From contig OZ316898.1 in the NCBI GenBank assembly GCA_973895155.1, positions 13,670,330 to 13,734,329 of the forward strand: a DNA stretch of 64,000 nucleotides, in the 5' to 3' direction. This stretch comes from Marsupella aquatica. Lineage: Eukaryota > Plantae > Marchantiophyta. This document shows positions 51,501 to 64,000 of this stretch, in pieces. Each line of letters begins with the position of its first letter. The stretch's first letter is position 1. Below the pieces are notes generated by a model. It was given only the letters and a program-made list of their open reading frames with translations. It was not told the origin of the DNA and ran no database searches. The position numbers and the translations under genes are program-made.

Positions 51501-53849
51501 AAATAGAAGGCATGTTGAAAGATGGGTTCTGTCTCGCCTGATGCAGCGCAGTTTGAGAGGCTTTCCTCCGTGTCTGACTCTCGTGTATGTGCCCTCAGCC
51601 TCATCAGCTGACCTGTAATTTATCAGACGGCCGGTCCAGGAAGGAATGGATTAAAATGGCAGCTACACATGAAAGCAGAACACTAAGGTGCCTAGGGCGT
51701 GCTTTGTTCACACAAGACAGCTAAGTTTCACGTTGGGCATTTCTAACAGATCATTCTCAAAAACAAATTGTTTGCGTCAGAAATTATTTTGAAAAAAATA
51801 TCGGACACCTTCCATTGAACTCACCGCAGCAACCGGGCACATGTCTGGCCACAGTCTCGTAAGTAAGTCTAAACTTCCGGTAAAGGAGGTGCCGGTCGTC
51901 ATCCTTGAGGTGCTTGTTCGGTTCAATGGCCAGGATCTCGTGTGGTGCGAGGACCATTTTAGAAACTATTGAGTTTATCAATCCAACGCTCAGTAGTCTC
52001 TGAAAACTACCCCGCAATAGATCCTGTCAACCGAATTAACCGTAAGAATCCTTCGGCAGGTGCAGAAAGAGGCGCTCTGCAGGAGGACAAGCTATCAAGA
52101 AAATACGAAGGTGTTGAGCTCTCATGCAAGTTTCTCGTCTCTGCTAAATCACACCTTCGTCATTTCCGGTTCGTGAATTGGACACAGTAGGATCCACGTG
52201 AATCGTGATGCACTGGTGAAAAGAGTTGTGCCATGGAAAATTGTGGAAAGCGGAGACCCACAACCACTCACCGTGCCCAACGAGAAGATCGTCAAGTTAG
52301 AGCCTCCACCGGACGGCGCAACCTCCTGTGGCATACACGCATTCGAAATCTGTTCACAAGACAGTATGCGACTCTTAGAATGTACACCTCAAGTGTGGAG
52401 AATTTTGGTAAAAGCTACGTACGCCGCATTAATGGAAACTGCAAAAAGTACTGGTACATACAATTTTGATTGGCCGCTTCTTGCCCGATATCGGATTCAA
52501 TTGCTCCATCTCGATCAGATTGATGATGTACTTCACTCCGCGAGGGTATCTGCGGGTGACCAATTTTTTCAGAGTCACGAAATGCTCTCTTCTTCTCCAA
52601 GCTTTCCTAATCTCGAGTACAGCCTTGGCAGCATAGCAGTGCCACTTTCCGGAGTCAGCCTTCCACCATACTCCTGTCTCGATTGGTGCCTGACTGGGCT
52701 GCACAGAAATTTCGACCCGTTACGTCAATGTATTAATCAGTTCAAACATGCATGGCTGAGATTCAGTAGAATGTATGCTTCTCTTGATTCGCTATACTGA
52801 TGGTCGAATGTTTGTCAACGCACGCTACGGGCCTCTCAATTCCAGAAATGGGGAGAAATTGATTCGATATACCGATGTTCGAATGTTTGTCAACGCACGC
52901 TATGGGCCTCTCATTTCCAGAAACGGGGAGACATTGTCCTTAGAGCGAAGCCAATTGACTATCAATTGGAATGTGAGTAAGTGAGCAGAATGGGTACGTA
53001 GGTGCGATTCTTCCCCTCACCTCACCTTGCCGAACAAGATGAAGTTGGTGAATTGTTGGCATTGCTAATTTTTAACTCCTTTCTCCTCACTGGCAATTCA
53101 ATGAAGCTGTGAGAGACGCTCATTTTCTCTCACATCATGTGTATGATCGAAATCAATGCACATCAAAAGCTCTATGAGGCCTGCATGTCCTGTCTTCGTT
53201 TTTCTTTGGAAGAACTCTATTGCGTTACAGATTTTAATTACGAAGCATGTTCTGGCTGACACTGATTAGCATTCTCGCCGAACGACTGTAGCTTATTAAA
53301 TCAACGATCACACACCTTTAAGTTAGGATCCCAGATTTTCACTCCCTGCGAAAATTAAGCAGCAAAAGGTAACGACTAAATGGTCACCGTGTAGTTAATG
53401 GAGGAGATAGTGCCCTGGACGATCGAGATGTCTATTGCCACGCCGGTCGACAGCTCGACCTCCTTCATAGTCTCGAAATCCACCCGATGAGTACATCCTG
53501 TAATGAGCGAACCATACGTACAATCATCTGCCTCTCGTTTCCGCTTCCTGGCATAATTTGCTGTGCCATCGACCCACTCAGCGAAAATTCCGCCATCGCA
53601 GAACGCAGTGAAGATGGACTCCGCGACATCGAGAGGATACAATTCCCAGCAGCTATTGATCTCGTGCCCTGAACGCCGCCACACTCCTGGTGACGTCGGA
53701 GTGTCCACCACGAACTTCTCGACGTTCACTACGCCTGCAGTTTTATCCAAACACATTCTCACCAAATCATCCCGTAACTCTCGCTCTTCTCCATACGCTG
53801 CCAGCGCCATTTTCGTCTGGTCAATTCGTTCCACATTCCCCTCGATCAT
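48560..53849 (-). CDS. Chimeric WWE-WWE-PARP/ART-like-USP7-C(UBL2-5)-DUF3444 protein, ~1334 aa, 5 exons (predicted model)
   Basis: Exons 53849-53388, 52698-52462, 52325-52272, 52023 (or 51999)-51825, 51612-48560; GT-AG and frame-compatible (phases 0,0,0,1). Exon 2 VWWKADSGKWHCY..IRKAW..KYIINLIEMEQLNPISGKKRPI is a WWE. Exon 1 WELYPLDVAESI..HRVDFETMKEVELSTG is WWE-like. Exon 5 LLFKLYCP..LQYVG..FGEPFLMVV.QNETL..YLALEH matches the UBP12/13 C-terminus. PDPEFHNFD..GQVWAIYDDHDGMPRYY..YPRKSEVWA..ELDPASLP is DUF3444. Confidence 0.72.
52784..52931. repeat. 75-bp tandem duplication (within predicted intron 1)
   Basis: TTGATTCG.TATAC.GATG.TCGAATGTTTGTCAACGCACGC...GGGGAGA present twice. Confidence 0.88.
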
Positions 53850-54707
53850 ATCACCACTCGATTCTCTCTTTGCCTGTGTGCTCTACTGTACTCTGTACAT
53901 CAGATCGAGAACAACGATCACGAGTCAAGAGAAAACCCGGGAGAGCGCTTCTCTCAGAGACACAGAACGAATGATGCTACAATAATAATGCTTCAGATTC
54001 TCTCGAGCGAGTGCCAAACAGCGGAGGGGAACGGGTCGGAATACGCAAGGGCGGAACCCCGAGAAATCCTTCGCACGGGGAGCTCGCAGTGGCTGAGGCG
54101 ATGGCGGATCTGAGCTCCGCAAATCCCGCCTACTTAGCTAGCGCCTTCCCATAATAGAGTTCTCTCGCACACTTCGCCGCATTCTCATCCCCCGTGTGGC
54201 TTTACTTACACACAATCATGGTCTTCTCCCATAGGCGGCGCTCCCACTTACATAGTAAACAGTCTCAAACGATTTCAATCGGGCGGCCTCCGATCGTCCA
54301 ATCTTCTGCCTTGGATACCGTTACCATCAACCTACGGTCCACGCTCCTCCCCCCCTCCCTTTCGTTACAGTACTGTACTCGTTTGTTCTCCGAGCTGTCA
54401 GTGTGGAGCTCCGAGACGCTGGTCTTCTTGTCGATCCACGCGATATACAAAAGCTTGACGCAGCATAGAAGAGGAGGTATTCTATAATGTGAACCAACCT
54501 GAGTTTTGTCAGCGAGACACTTTGGTTTTCAATTTGTTTCGCTTATATTTTTTGTGTGTTTTTAATGACTCCCTATGGCTAGCGAGATAGCTAGCAAAAA
54601 GAGTAGTCCCCAAAATATATGTTATCAACAGGTTACTCTTAGCAAACTCTTTCCTCGCAAGCTACAATGACCCGAGCAAAAAACTTCAAGACCTTGAACA
54701 CAATTTG

Positions 54708-54882
54708 GAGGTATTTGTTTGATCCACCCCAAAATGAAATTTGTTATTTGATTGACCCCCTGAGGTCTATCAACGATCCAGATATGAGATCAAAAGAGCC
54801 ATCAATGGTCCAGATTGGGAAAAATATGGAGGAGCTTGATTAAGCAAACTTTTTCCAAAAAGGGGTCTAATAAGCATATACA
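54708..54882. mobile_element. Mutator-like MITE (copy 2)
   Basis: Reverse-orientation homologue of 32540-32717, flanked by (A)CACAATTTG on both sides. An adjacent duplicate at ~54975 shows the empty site. Confidence 0.82.
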
Positions 54883-56394
54883 CACAATTTGTATACACAG
54901 AAAATGTTGAATGAATAATTAATTTGCCTGAGAAGGCTGGAACTCAGTACATATGGGCGCGCCGGGGTGAACGTGAACACAATTTGTACACACAGAAATG
55001 GTCATAGAATAATTAATGCGCCTGAGGAGGCTGGAACTCAGTACATATGGACGCTCGACCCTCTGCACATAGTTGCCCCGCGGCTGCCAAGTGAACGGCA
55101 GACAGATTCAAAACGAGACAGGCAATGACATGTAAGACTGATGTTAAGTATGTCACTGACTAATTCACCGACACCTGGATCAGAACGCTGTTTGACGAGC
55201 ACAGAAGAAAGGGAAACTTTCACACTTCTTCAGCTCGGGGATGCAGCCCCTCTCCTCGTCGACGGAGTGTTTGAAGTCTTTGATGGTGATTCTGGTCTTC
55301 AGGACGGGACCACTACAAAATTCATGATCGATATATCCCAATTCTCGAGCAAAAAGTCAAATTCATTCATTCTTGTGGTGTTGCTCTGGATTGGTACTAG
55401 ATTCGTATCATTACATCGCGGAGTGTCGAGTTTTTGTTGCTGACGGTGGTCTTTTCAGGAAGGGACCACTACAGAACTCGAGATCCATATCCCGCGATTC
55501 AGAGAGAGAAGTTCATTCCATTCGTTTCTGGTTTATCGATCTTGTATATTGTATTGGTGGGACGTTTGACGTAATTGTTGCTGCAGTTTGCAGCCTGGTA
55601 AGATTCATGTCCATGCTCAAGGTTCCAGTCCCGTATGATGCAGAGGATGCTCGAGGACGCTATTTGGGACCCTGATCCCGTTCATTTCCTGGACAATGAA
55701 CCAAGTTATGTAAATGCCATCATCTTCTTTTTCGGGGGGGTTGCATTTTTGTTTCAAACGTTTCGATTAGATAGCAGTGAGCAGAAAACGTACTACCTGT
55801 TGGCATTGCATCATCTGGACTGGAAATGACATTTCTGCTCCTTCTGATGATGTCTTCGACGAGGTGTCTATTCGAGCAGATCTAACATTTGAAATCTTAA
55901 TGTGCCTTGCGCCGATTGGTGTCTTGAAGGTACGGGGAATCGTTAAACATCTAATTGTGCCTTGCGGTGATTATGTCTTCGAGGTATGGGGAATTTAGTG
56001 CAATCCTAGCGTTCATGTGGTTGATGGAAAGCAGCTGCAGATTGAAGCACCATATCCTATGCGAAAGTTCGAAATGAAAAATAATTAAAATCAACGATAC
56101 CGTACTGTCCCTAATTCCTTCCGATGGTTGGATCCATTTTAGACCTTCTTGTCCCTCGAGAATAAACAGCTAAGCTTGAATTCTCCACTGTTAGCTTAAC
56201 GGGCAGCAATCTAGGAACCGGAAGAACTTTTCGTCAGATGAGAATGAGTAAGAAAACGGAAACTAAGTAACCAACTTGATAAGTTTGGAATCATTTCTTT
56301 ACAGTCGAGTAACTTCTTCCATCCCCAACAAATATCTAGTCAAATCCAGAGTCAGTGTTGGGAGATATCAGTGCCATCAATGGGACAGTGAGGA

Positions 56395-58173
56395 CTATGG
56401 AAGAAGACACGCAGGATCAACCTCCAGAGCTCCAAAAGGGATCCCAAGTGTATCATCCTTATACATCTTCCTAGCTGGAATGCTATGCGAGAATTCAAAC
56501 AACATGTCTGGACGGACGTTCGTGGTGATTACAGGTTTTCCTTGTCTTTGGAAGAGACTTTTGAAGCCAGTTACTTTGACCAACCTGACTATGTCCAGAC
56601 TTCCCTCTCCTAGAAAGTCGGAGAGAATCTCAACTAAGTCGTAACCGTTGATGTGGGCTGTTCCCAAGGCTTGAGCTTTCCGTCGGACGCCATTCTCAAG
56701 GTTGCAGTTCTGATACATGGCCCACACTTCTCCCTTTCTTGGGTAGATCTTGACACAATTCTTGTCCCTGTCGGATACTAGGTGAGAGAAGTTTTCAAGC
56801 CCCATCACGTCGCGCTTGTCATTCTTGAAGCTACCACATGACATCGCCAGACGCGTGCGATCCATCCATGATTTCATCCTTTCTGAGCAAGGGTCAGATT
56901 GAAGCCGCCAGATGTCCACTAACTTAAAAGGTGACCCCAAGACTTGAACAACTCTCACATATATTCTCGGCATTTTATCCCTGATTGTGTCGTACGTTGC
57001 CCAAATTTGTCCTGCTTCAATGTCTGTCTCCGTCCTCAAGGAATTGAAGTCATAAAAGTCTACTTCAGATCCCATTTGTTGAGTTTGCAGTGCGCTCAAC
57101 TCTGAAGAGGATCGAAAAGTGGAATTGACTAGTGCAGGACTTTCTTGAAGTTTTGGTCTCAGGTCAATTTCTTCCAGCTCTATGACAACGTTATCAGTGT
57201 CTAGCTCAAGAGAGTTGGCATTACCTTGAGAGAGCGCCAATGTACTGATAATGATATCCATTGCTGGTTTTTGCAGTCTTTTATTCGATGGGCGTACAGA
57301 AGTGTGTTTGGCTTCTTTCAGTTCCTCCTCAGTGTCCTTGTATACTTCTTCAGCTGGCTGGGGCCCCATCTCCACGTCCCCGGACCCATCGTCCAGTTCA
57401 CTATCCAATTCACTATACTCGTGAGGAATAGCAGCGGGATCAAGCTCCAAAGCTTGTTTAGGAATACGCATGAGTTTGTTTTGCTGGATCTTGACTGCTG
57501 GCACGTTGTGAGAGAACTTCATCAAGTCCGAGGTACTCCAAACGTGGACGGCTTGAGGGCCATCTTGCCGACGGAAGACGGTTCTAAAACCCGGCACTCT
57601 TTCCAGCTTGACTGTCTTCACACCATTCTCCTTGGAATAGTCCCCAAGAATCTCCACCACATCAAATTTGCAAGTTACATTTGAAGGCGTGTCAGCGCTC
57701 AGTGGAATCTGATCCCAGTCTCTGTACATGGCCCAGACCTCCACCTTTCTGGGATAAATCTTCAATTTAGTGGATGCTGCTCCTGCAAACTTTTCCTTCA
57801 CATGCATCCTGTGAGAGAATATGTTAATGATCTTCGAAGTAGTGAAATCCCCGTTCTGGAACTCCCCAGTTGAGACATAATACCCGGAGCTAGTCGACCA
57901 CAAACTGCCAAGTGAAGATCGCTGATCAAAAACTAGCCACCAAAATTGTACCTTAAATGGAGATAGGGAAACGCTACTAATCCGGCCGTAATATCTTGGC
58001 ATTCCATCTTTATCATCGTAAATGGCCCAGATTTGACCTGGTTTTATATCTGTCTTAGTCCGTGCACAGTCGAAGTTATGGAAGTCTGGATCAGGAACTT
58101 CAATGACTTGCGGTCTCATTGCAGCTGACGAACACACAGCTGGAGATGCACGCTTTCTCGGGGTCACAGCCAT
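56395..58173 (-). CDS. Protein with two DUF3444 domains, no J-domain seen (592 aa)
   Basis: Two PDPDFHNFD/DFYDFN..GQIWA.YD..MPR.Y..YPRK.EVWAMY..FSH.(V/I)PA..E(L/V)DPA blocks. ATG at 58173 follows a TTCTTCAG acceptor; the track's 60-aa extension looks intronic. Confidence 0.88.
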   Translation of the reverse strand: MAVTPRKRASPAVCSSAAMRPQVIEVPDPDFHNFDCARTKTDIKPGQIWAIYDDKDGMPRYYGRISSVSLSPFKVQFWWLVFDQRSSLGSLWSTSSGYYVSTGEFQNGDFTTSKIINIFSHRMHVKEKFAGAASTKLKIYPRKVEVWAMYRDWDQIPLSADTPSNVTCKFDVVEILGDYSKENGVKTVKLERVPGFRTVFRRQDGPQAVHVWSTSDLMKFSHNVPAVKIQQNKLMRIPKQALELDPAAIPHEYSELDSELDDGSGDVEMGPQPAEEVYKDTEEELKEAKHTSVRPSNKRLQKPAMDIIISTLALSQGNANSLELDTDNVVIELEEIDLRPKLQESPALVNSTFRSSSELSALQTQQMGSEVDFYDFNSLRTETDIEAGQIWATYDTIRDKMPRIYVRVVQVLGSPFKLVDIWRLQSDPCSERMKSWMDRTRLAMSCGSFKNDKRDVMGLENFSHLVSDRDKNCVKIYPRKGEVWAMYQNCNLENGVRRKAQALGTAHINGYDLVEILSDFLGEGSLDIVRLVKVTGFKSLFQRQGKPVITTNVRPDMLFEFSHSIPARKMYKDDTLGIPFGALEVDPACLLP

Positions 58174-60001
58174 GATTAAGTCGAGCTGACGTTTGGGAGT
58201 CCTGAAGAAGACAGAGTGTAAAAAGAGAAGTTCCCTTCCCCACAGGCAACTCAAATCAGTCACATGATCGAGAAGCAAGTGCAGTACGTGAAAGGGAAAG
58301 AAACAAAGAATCAAATTCAGACGGGAATATTTCAATTGGCACGGATTCCTCACTCGAGCACTATTAAATAATTCTCAACCGGCTGAGCATGCAATTCATG
58401 TCTACCAGAATGCTCCTTTGGAACAACCAAAATTTTCTAAGAATTATATATTCAGTACATTTACAGAAGGCTATCTTCATGTTTAGCACAAGATTGATCC
58501 CTGCCTACACCTGGAATTTCACTACAGTGATTTTCTATTACCGACAAAAGTTTCGAACAACGACGTACGTAGTTTTCAACAAAGTGATTGCAACTGCGCA
58601 TTTGGATGTTGAGAAACAGGGCTAAGCACGTTGCGGAATGACGCAACTTTTCTTCTGGTACAGTAGTTAGCTGATCAAAAGAAAAGCTTCAGAAATCAAG
58701 ACTCCCTGTGAAGACTGTCTTTAGGAAAAAGATCTTGTGTTCACAATCAGCGGGGCTCGATCTGTTCTTCACGATCAGTTCTTTTCCTCAAGCCGAAGTG
58801 AGAGAAGGTATTTATTAATTAATACAGGGAAATAACTGGACATGCTCTTTGAAAATGCAGGGACTCGATCTTGCTTCTTGAAGGTATTCAAAGAAAGTAA
58901 GGCACAAACCGAACTAAGGTCTGTATGAAATGGAAGGCCGTCTTCTTCACCTGCTCAACACACTGTACGTACCAGTCACTGCGCCGGCTAGAACATCCGT
59001 GGTCTCCCGATCGGCATTTTCCACATGCCGAGCTGCTGACAATTGCATGTGGCCACCAGATTGTCCGTAGTCTTCTTAGAAAACAACTCCTCACGCACAG
59101 TCCTCCGGACCCCAAATGCCAACATGTCTCGTATAAAAGTGGCACGATCCTCGATCTCGGTGCATGGTGCAGAGCTAATTACTAGTCATTTCTTGCTCAA
59201 AGGCGCAAAAGCGCAAAAGCAACAACTATCTAGCTCACAGAACTCGCCAGCAAAGCTCGATCCCTTCACTTTGAGAATATTCATGTCTGGCTTCCAAAAT
59301 TCCTACAAGGACGTTACTGTGGACAGAGATCGTGTCAATGATCCAGCAGACTCGTACTGACAGCAGTTCTATGCGCAACCCAGATTAAACCCGATCCAGT
59401 ACTCGATAGCTGCTGCCTCGGTTCTATCCGTCTGAAAAAAACTAGTCTCCATGATTTGGAAATCGTCAGGACCTGAGCTGATCGCGCTGATCGACGAAGT
59501 GCGAATCAACTACGGTAGAATGATCGAGGAAACCCGTGATCCACACAGTCCTCAGTAGAATCCAGATTCTAGAATGGCTGAGAGTGTGTAAATACTGTAA
59601 TTAATCGAGTCCTTTCAACGGATCAGGAGTCACGAGTCAGGCGCATGACCTACATGAGGCCTAATTAATTCAAGAAAACCCTGGCAGCACCTTCTTTATT
59701 GCGGGAGTTTACGTTCGATGTGATCCACAGTAGCTACATGTACTCCATAGCTCTCAAGTACAGTGAGTTGTCCCCAATCGAACAGAATTTAATTGGCTGA
59801 GTGCATGCAGTGACACTCCATGTCATGATTGTATGTCAAAACGAAAATACGGAGGCACTCGAAGCAAATTAAAATAAAGACGTGGAGATATCGTACGTCT
59901 CATATACTTTTTTTAATTTATTCCAAGCGACAGTCCCGCGAAGGAATTTGAAGACCCATGGACCACAAGATTGGTCTGTTAAAACCCCATGTACAGTACC
60001 A

Positions 60002-60112
60002 CTCTAATAACTTGATAGTCATAAGTTCAAATCTGAGCTTACCTCTAATAACTTGATATTCATAAGTTCAAATCTGAGCTTAACTTTAATAACTTGATGT
60101 TCATAAGTTTAA
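60002..60112. repeat. Three ~41-bp tandem repeats
   Basis: TAATAACTTGAT..TCATAAGTT.AAAT present three times. Confidence 0.85.
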
Positions 60113-63100
60113 ATACTTTACAGTTTTGGGGATATCCGAGAGGAGTGGGTAGGCTACACTTCAGTCAAAGTGTGAGTAGATATTTTGGCCATTCTGGTTG
60201 GATTTTTCAGTAAAGATTGTGGAGGGGTTAATTCCATTAAATTAAGTTTTATTGTGTTAATATCACCAACCAAGGGTTACATCACCAAACATCTATTTAT
60301 TGGGATATGCCAAGTGACCAAGGGTTACATCATCAAACATCTCACAGGGACCCAAGATCACCAAAATACATCCTAAGGCCAAGAGTGGGTCAAGGTCAAT
60401 CACCAAAACACAAACACTAAATGAAACCAAAGCCTAATCCAAAGAAGGGGCAAACAATCTCATCCTCCCCACTCGAGAAACATTTCTTTACCACTTTTTG
60501 CAAAAGTTTGCTAGATTTTGTGTCATCTGTTAACCAATTTCCAACCGAGCCACCAACCCCACTAGCCAGAATCTAATGGTCACCCTTAAATCTAGTGATA
60601 TCTGATGGCAAAATCAAATCTGGAATACTCCTAGCATAATCTCTTCACAAGGTGGCAAATTACCATAAAACCCCTTATAAATTACGCAAATCTGGAAAAG
60701 TTGCCGCACAAATTAATTGGAAAGCAATTCATCAACACAAGGATGTTGAGGTCATCCATTGTATCAGGCATTGACTTGAAATATAACCGCGTGTCAAATG
60801 GCAGACAACTCTTGCCCAATTTATTTTCCCTTCACTGACATACTTTCACCTTCAGGCCAGTAGACGTACTGTTGCGAAGATTATATGACTTTAAGTCAGA
60901 ATTCAAAGTGTTTTAGTTTCTTATCGCGTGAAAGGACATCTCAATCTTTGACCAATATGGCCAACAGGTCCTGGTGATGACATGTGACCATAACTTCTTC
61001 TTTTTCATTATGTGAACTTTTTATTCTTGTTAATTACTTAATGCCCAGCCTATGAAGCTTCCATACAGCTTAAGTCTTATGAATGTCTATAAAGAACAAA
61101 AAGATACAGAACACCAATAACCAATTTCAAGTCCATAAGGATATTGTTGGTAATCCTGGGGTGTAACTGAAGTTAGGGGTGCAGGTGAAAAATGCGGATT
61201 GGGGGCAAGGTGAGTATTTGAATATGGGCACAACATTCTTGAATATATATTCTCATCTCTGTATATGTTCAAAGTATGGACACTGAAGCTAGTGACTATA
61301 GTCGTGACACTGAAGCTAGTGACTAGGAATTTAAAAGAGAACTCACAGATTGTCATTCCCTCATCGTCACGAAGAAATACCTTATTACATTAGTGGACAT
61401 TGACACCTTGTTTGTGAAACACTGTGATAAATGCAAGAATTAGTGTGTACAGTTATTGTATTTTGTGTCAATACCTGATTAGTGCAATAATCCCCCCCTA
61501 GGAAGACAAAAAGAATTTAGAATAAATTGGACTAATAAGTGCAATTTCTTGGTAAGCTAAAATTTTCAAAAATGTTGCACTTAAGTAGAATAGTGCTTAC
61601 AAATTGCAGTTGCCAGTTTGTGCGACCATTTGAGTGTCTATGTATGTATTGCACTAATTGAAATTGCATTATAAGTGCCAGCGTATGGCTGAATTGCACT
61701 TACCATGATTCTGATAAATGCAAAGTACTCATTTGGTTGGACTTATCAATTATAGCATGTTCATACATGCCCCTTTTTTTTATCTTGTAGCAATATGTAA
61801 TTCATCTAATTTATTTTATGATAAAGAGAAGGTAGATGTAAAGTATATGTCAAGAAATTAAGATTTGTTAAGTAAGAGTGAGTGACATAACACACAAAAC
61901 CATGAATACACATGCAAAGAAAAGCACACAATGACCAAGAAAGTGCAAAGGTAAGAGTTGTGCACTTCCAATATAGATTTTGCCTCTAGCTAATTACAGT
62001 CAAGTCAATTAAAACCATAAATTTTGTAAAGGAAACCATGAGGCCAACTTAGTGCATTAGATGTGCACATTGATCAAATTTATTTCTCTCTCTCTCATGA
62101 GAAAAGAGAGAATTCACTAACGAATGATTGAAAAGGAAAAATTAAACATTTATGAGGGGAGCCAAATACATTCAAAATACTGTCACTAAAATAGAAAGGG
62201 GTCCAAAAGTTAAATCAAACTCTAATTGATACAAATGATTCACCTTGTTAAGGTACATCAAAATCAAAATACCGAACACAAAATATGAGTAATAGAAAAC
62301 ATGAAAGTTGGATTCACCATATATAGCAACTTCAAAGTTGAAAAACACTCCTTGAAAGAGGCTGTATCTAAAATGAATGCACTCAAACATACAAAGAAAT
62401 AAATCATCAGTATCAAAAAATGCACTAAAAAATAAAGAGGAATAAATCACAGTTTTAAGTGTGTAAAAGTAATTCCCTGTAAAATACACTGAGAAAAATG
62501 ACAATTTAAGTCAGATTTACGTGTTGCTAAAGAGCAAACTGTAGTCACCGTCCAACCGTCAATTCCACTTCTCAAAAGACATGATGGATCGCGTCCTCCC
62601 GCAAAACCTTGAGCCCAAACACCTCTCTCTTTTGTGATGGATCATCAGGCACGCCTCAATTCAGGCGACTCCAGCCTCAGCCCGATCACCATCCCACCCA
62701 GGTTGACGATAATAGTGAAGCTCGCTCTCCGCTGGCCGTGAAAACTGAGGTTGATCCACACAAAATGATGTGCTGCAGACTGATGTTGATCGTCCTCACG
62801 ATTTGCGGAAATGGGTGAGTGGATGCATTTGTATTGGTGGGCCGGCTTTGGCGGATTTTAAAGGGTTGCTCATAGCCGTGCTTGACTCTGCTGCTGCTGC
62901 TGCTGCTGTTGAGAAAGGACAAGACAATAATGGTAGCCAGGGCATTGTAATAATAGATCCGGTCACAACGACAGATGCTATGCGGACACCATGCAGGATT
63001 CAGAAGGGGAGAGGGGCACATCACACCACCATCATGAAAGTATCGCTTGGAATCGGGCTCGGATTCCCTGATTGGGTTTCAGGATTTGAAATTTTTGCAC

Positions 63101-64000
63101 GCAATGAGGTGATAGGCGTTTGACGTCATGTTCATGCTTGGATGGTTATGGAGAGACTATCTCTGTAGAGTAGCCACTACTGCCATTGAGGCTATCATTC
63201 TATCCAGAAGGAAATAAGGAAACAAAGACAAGCAAGCAAGGAAATAGAAAGTGTTTTAAAAGGATACGGAAAGCTCTGACTGACTGTGCCATGTCAAGCT
63301 TTAGCAAAATGTTCACCAAGGCTCAGGATGTATCATTGGATCCGAAACGAGCAAAATCACTCCCAACACCCACAAAACAAGGGCAGGCTGGGTCCTCCAG
63401 TGACACACAGAGAAAGGTAGCCTGAATGTCCACCACCCTCATATGGGTTTTGTTTGAATGTGTCATGTGCACTGCCATGATCCAAAACTCGCTCCGACTA
63501 CGTCTGACTCTCGCCCAGGTGATTGATGCCCTACTTAGCTTTCAGTTCAGCAGAGTTCAGGGTATGCCCATGTCACCAAGCACCCACATCATAAGGGAAG
63601 GCAAACCAAAAGAATCTCAAGAGCAAGCCACTGACATTGGATGTCAACATTCCTGTCCAATTGTATTACTTGTGTCCCTTGTCATCAAATTCTTCCCAGC
63701 CTGCTCCCCCTCCCCCCCCCCCCAACCACACCATGACAACAACCTTCCCACCAATTTTCCCTACCAACAGGGTCTGAGGAGAATCCATCAATTAAATCCC
63801 ATTCTATCAATCATCATACATATTAAATTTCCTTGACGCCTGTATCCCTGCTTTGTTTCTTTGCCGTCTATAATTATCTCTTGTCAATGTGAGATTTTGG
63901 GAGTTTTTATTCTAGGGGGAAATGAAAAAGCAGCAAACAATAAGACATGATCCACTTACTATCACTCATTGATTTGGTCCACTCATGACTAATAATGCAT

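Noticed and set aside
52198-52800. 200-aa plus-strand ORF, and 53563-53985
   Set aside because: GTG starts, no recognisable motif, and antisense to the WWE exons, which explain the region better.
58174-58353. 60-aa hydrophobic N-terminus of the DUF3444 ORF
   Set aside because: GTG start; mostly pyrimidine-rich sequence ending in a TTCTTCAG acceptor near 58202, so intron plus UTR.
62609-63836. Chain of short plus-strand ORFs
   Set aside because: Interrupted by stops and no family recognised; at most an unassignable remnant.

Overview
Land-plant nuclear DNA (last exon of Mg-chelatase ChlD, a plastid-type PRC-barrel gene, plant ubiquitin); the lineage cannot be fixed from sequence alone. The left half holds two Tnt1-like Ty1/copia LTR retrotransposons (1877-7922, minus, near-identical LTRs; 21000-27273, plus, decayed and lacking RNase H). 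It also holds a ~4.5 kb inverted segmental duplication carrying two convergent polyubiquitin genes (6 and 4 units) that share an apparent 625-bp gene-conversion tract. The right half holds a 7-exon PRC-barrel gene, a secreted GH5 hydrolase that looks ascomycete-like (candidate horizontal transfer) and tandem-repeat/MITE DNA. The main finding is a 5-exon minus-strand gene (53849-48560, ~1330 aa) that the ORF track splits into unrelated pieces. Spliced, it reads WWE-WWE-degenerate PARP/ART-like (RCD1/SRO-type)-USP7/UBP12 C-terminal UBL array-DUF3444, and it sits beside a J-domain-less double-DUF3444 gene. All domain and family calls come from motif recognition by eye; no searches were run.
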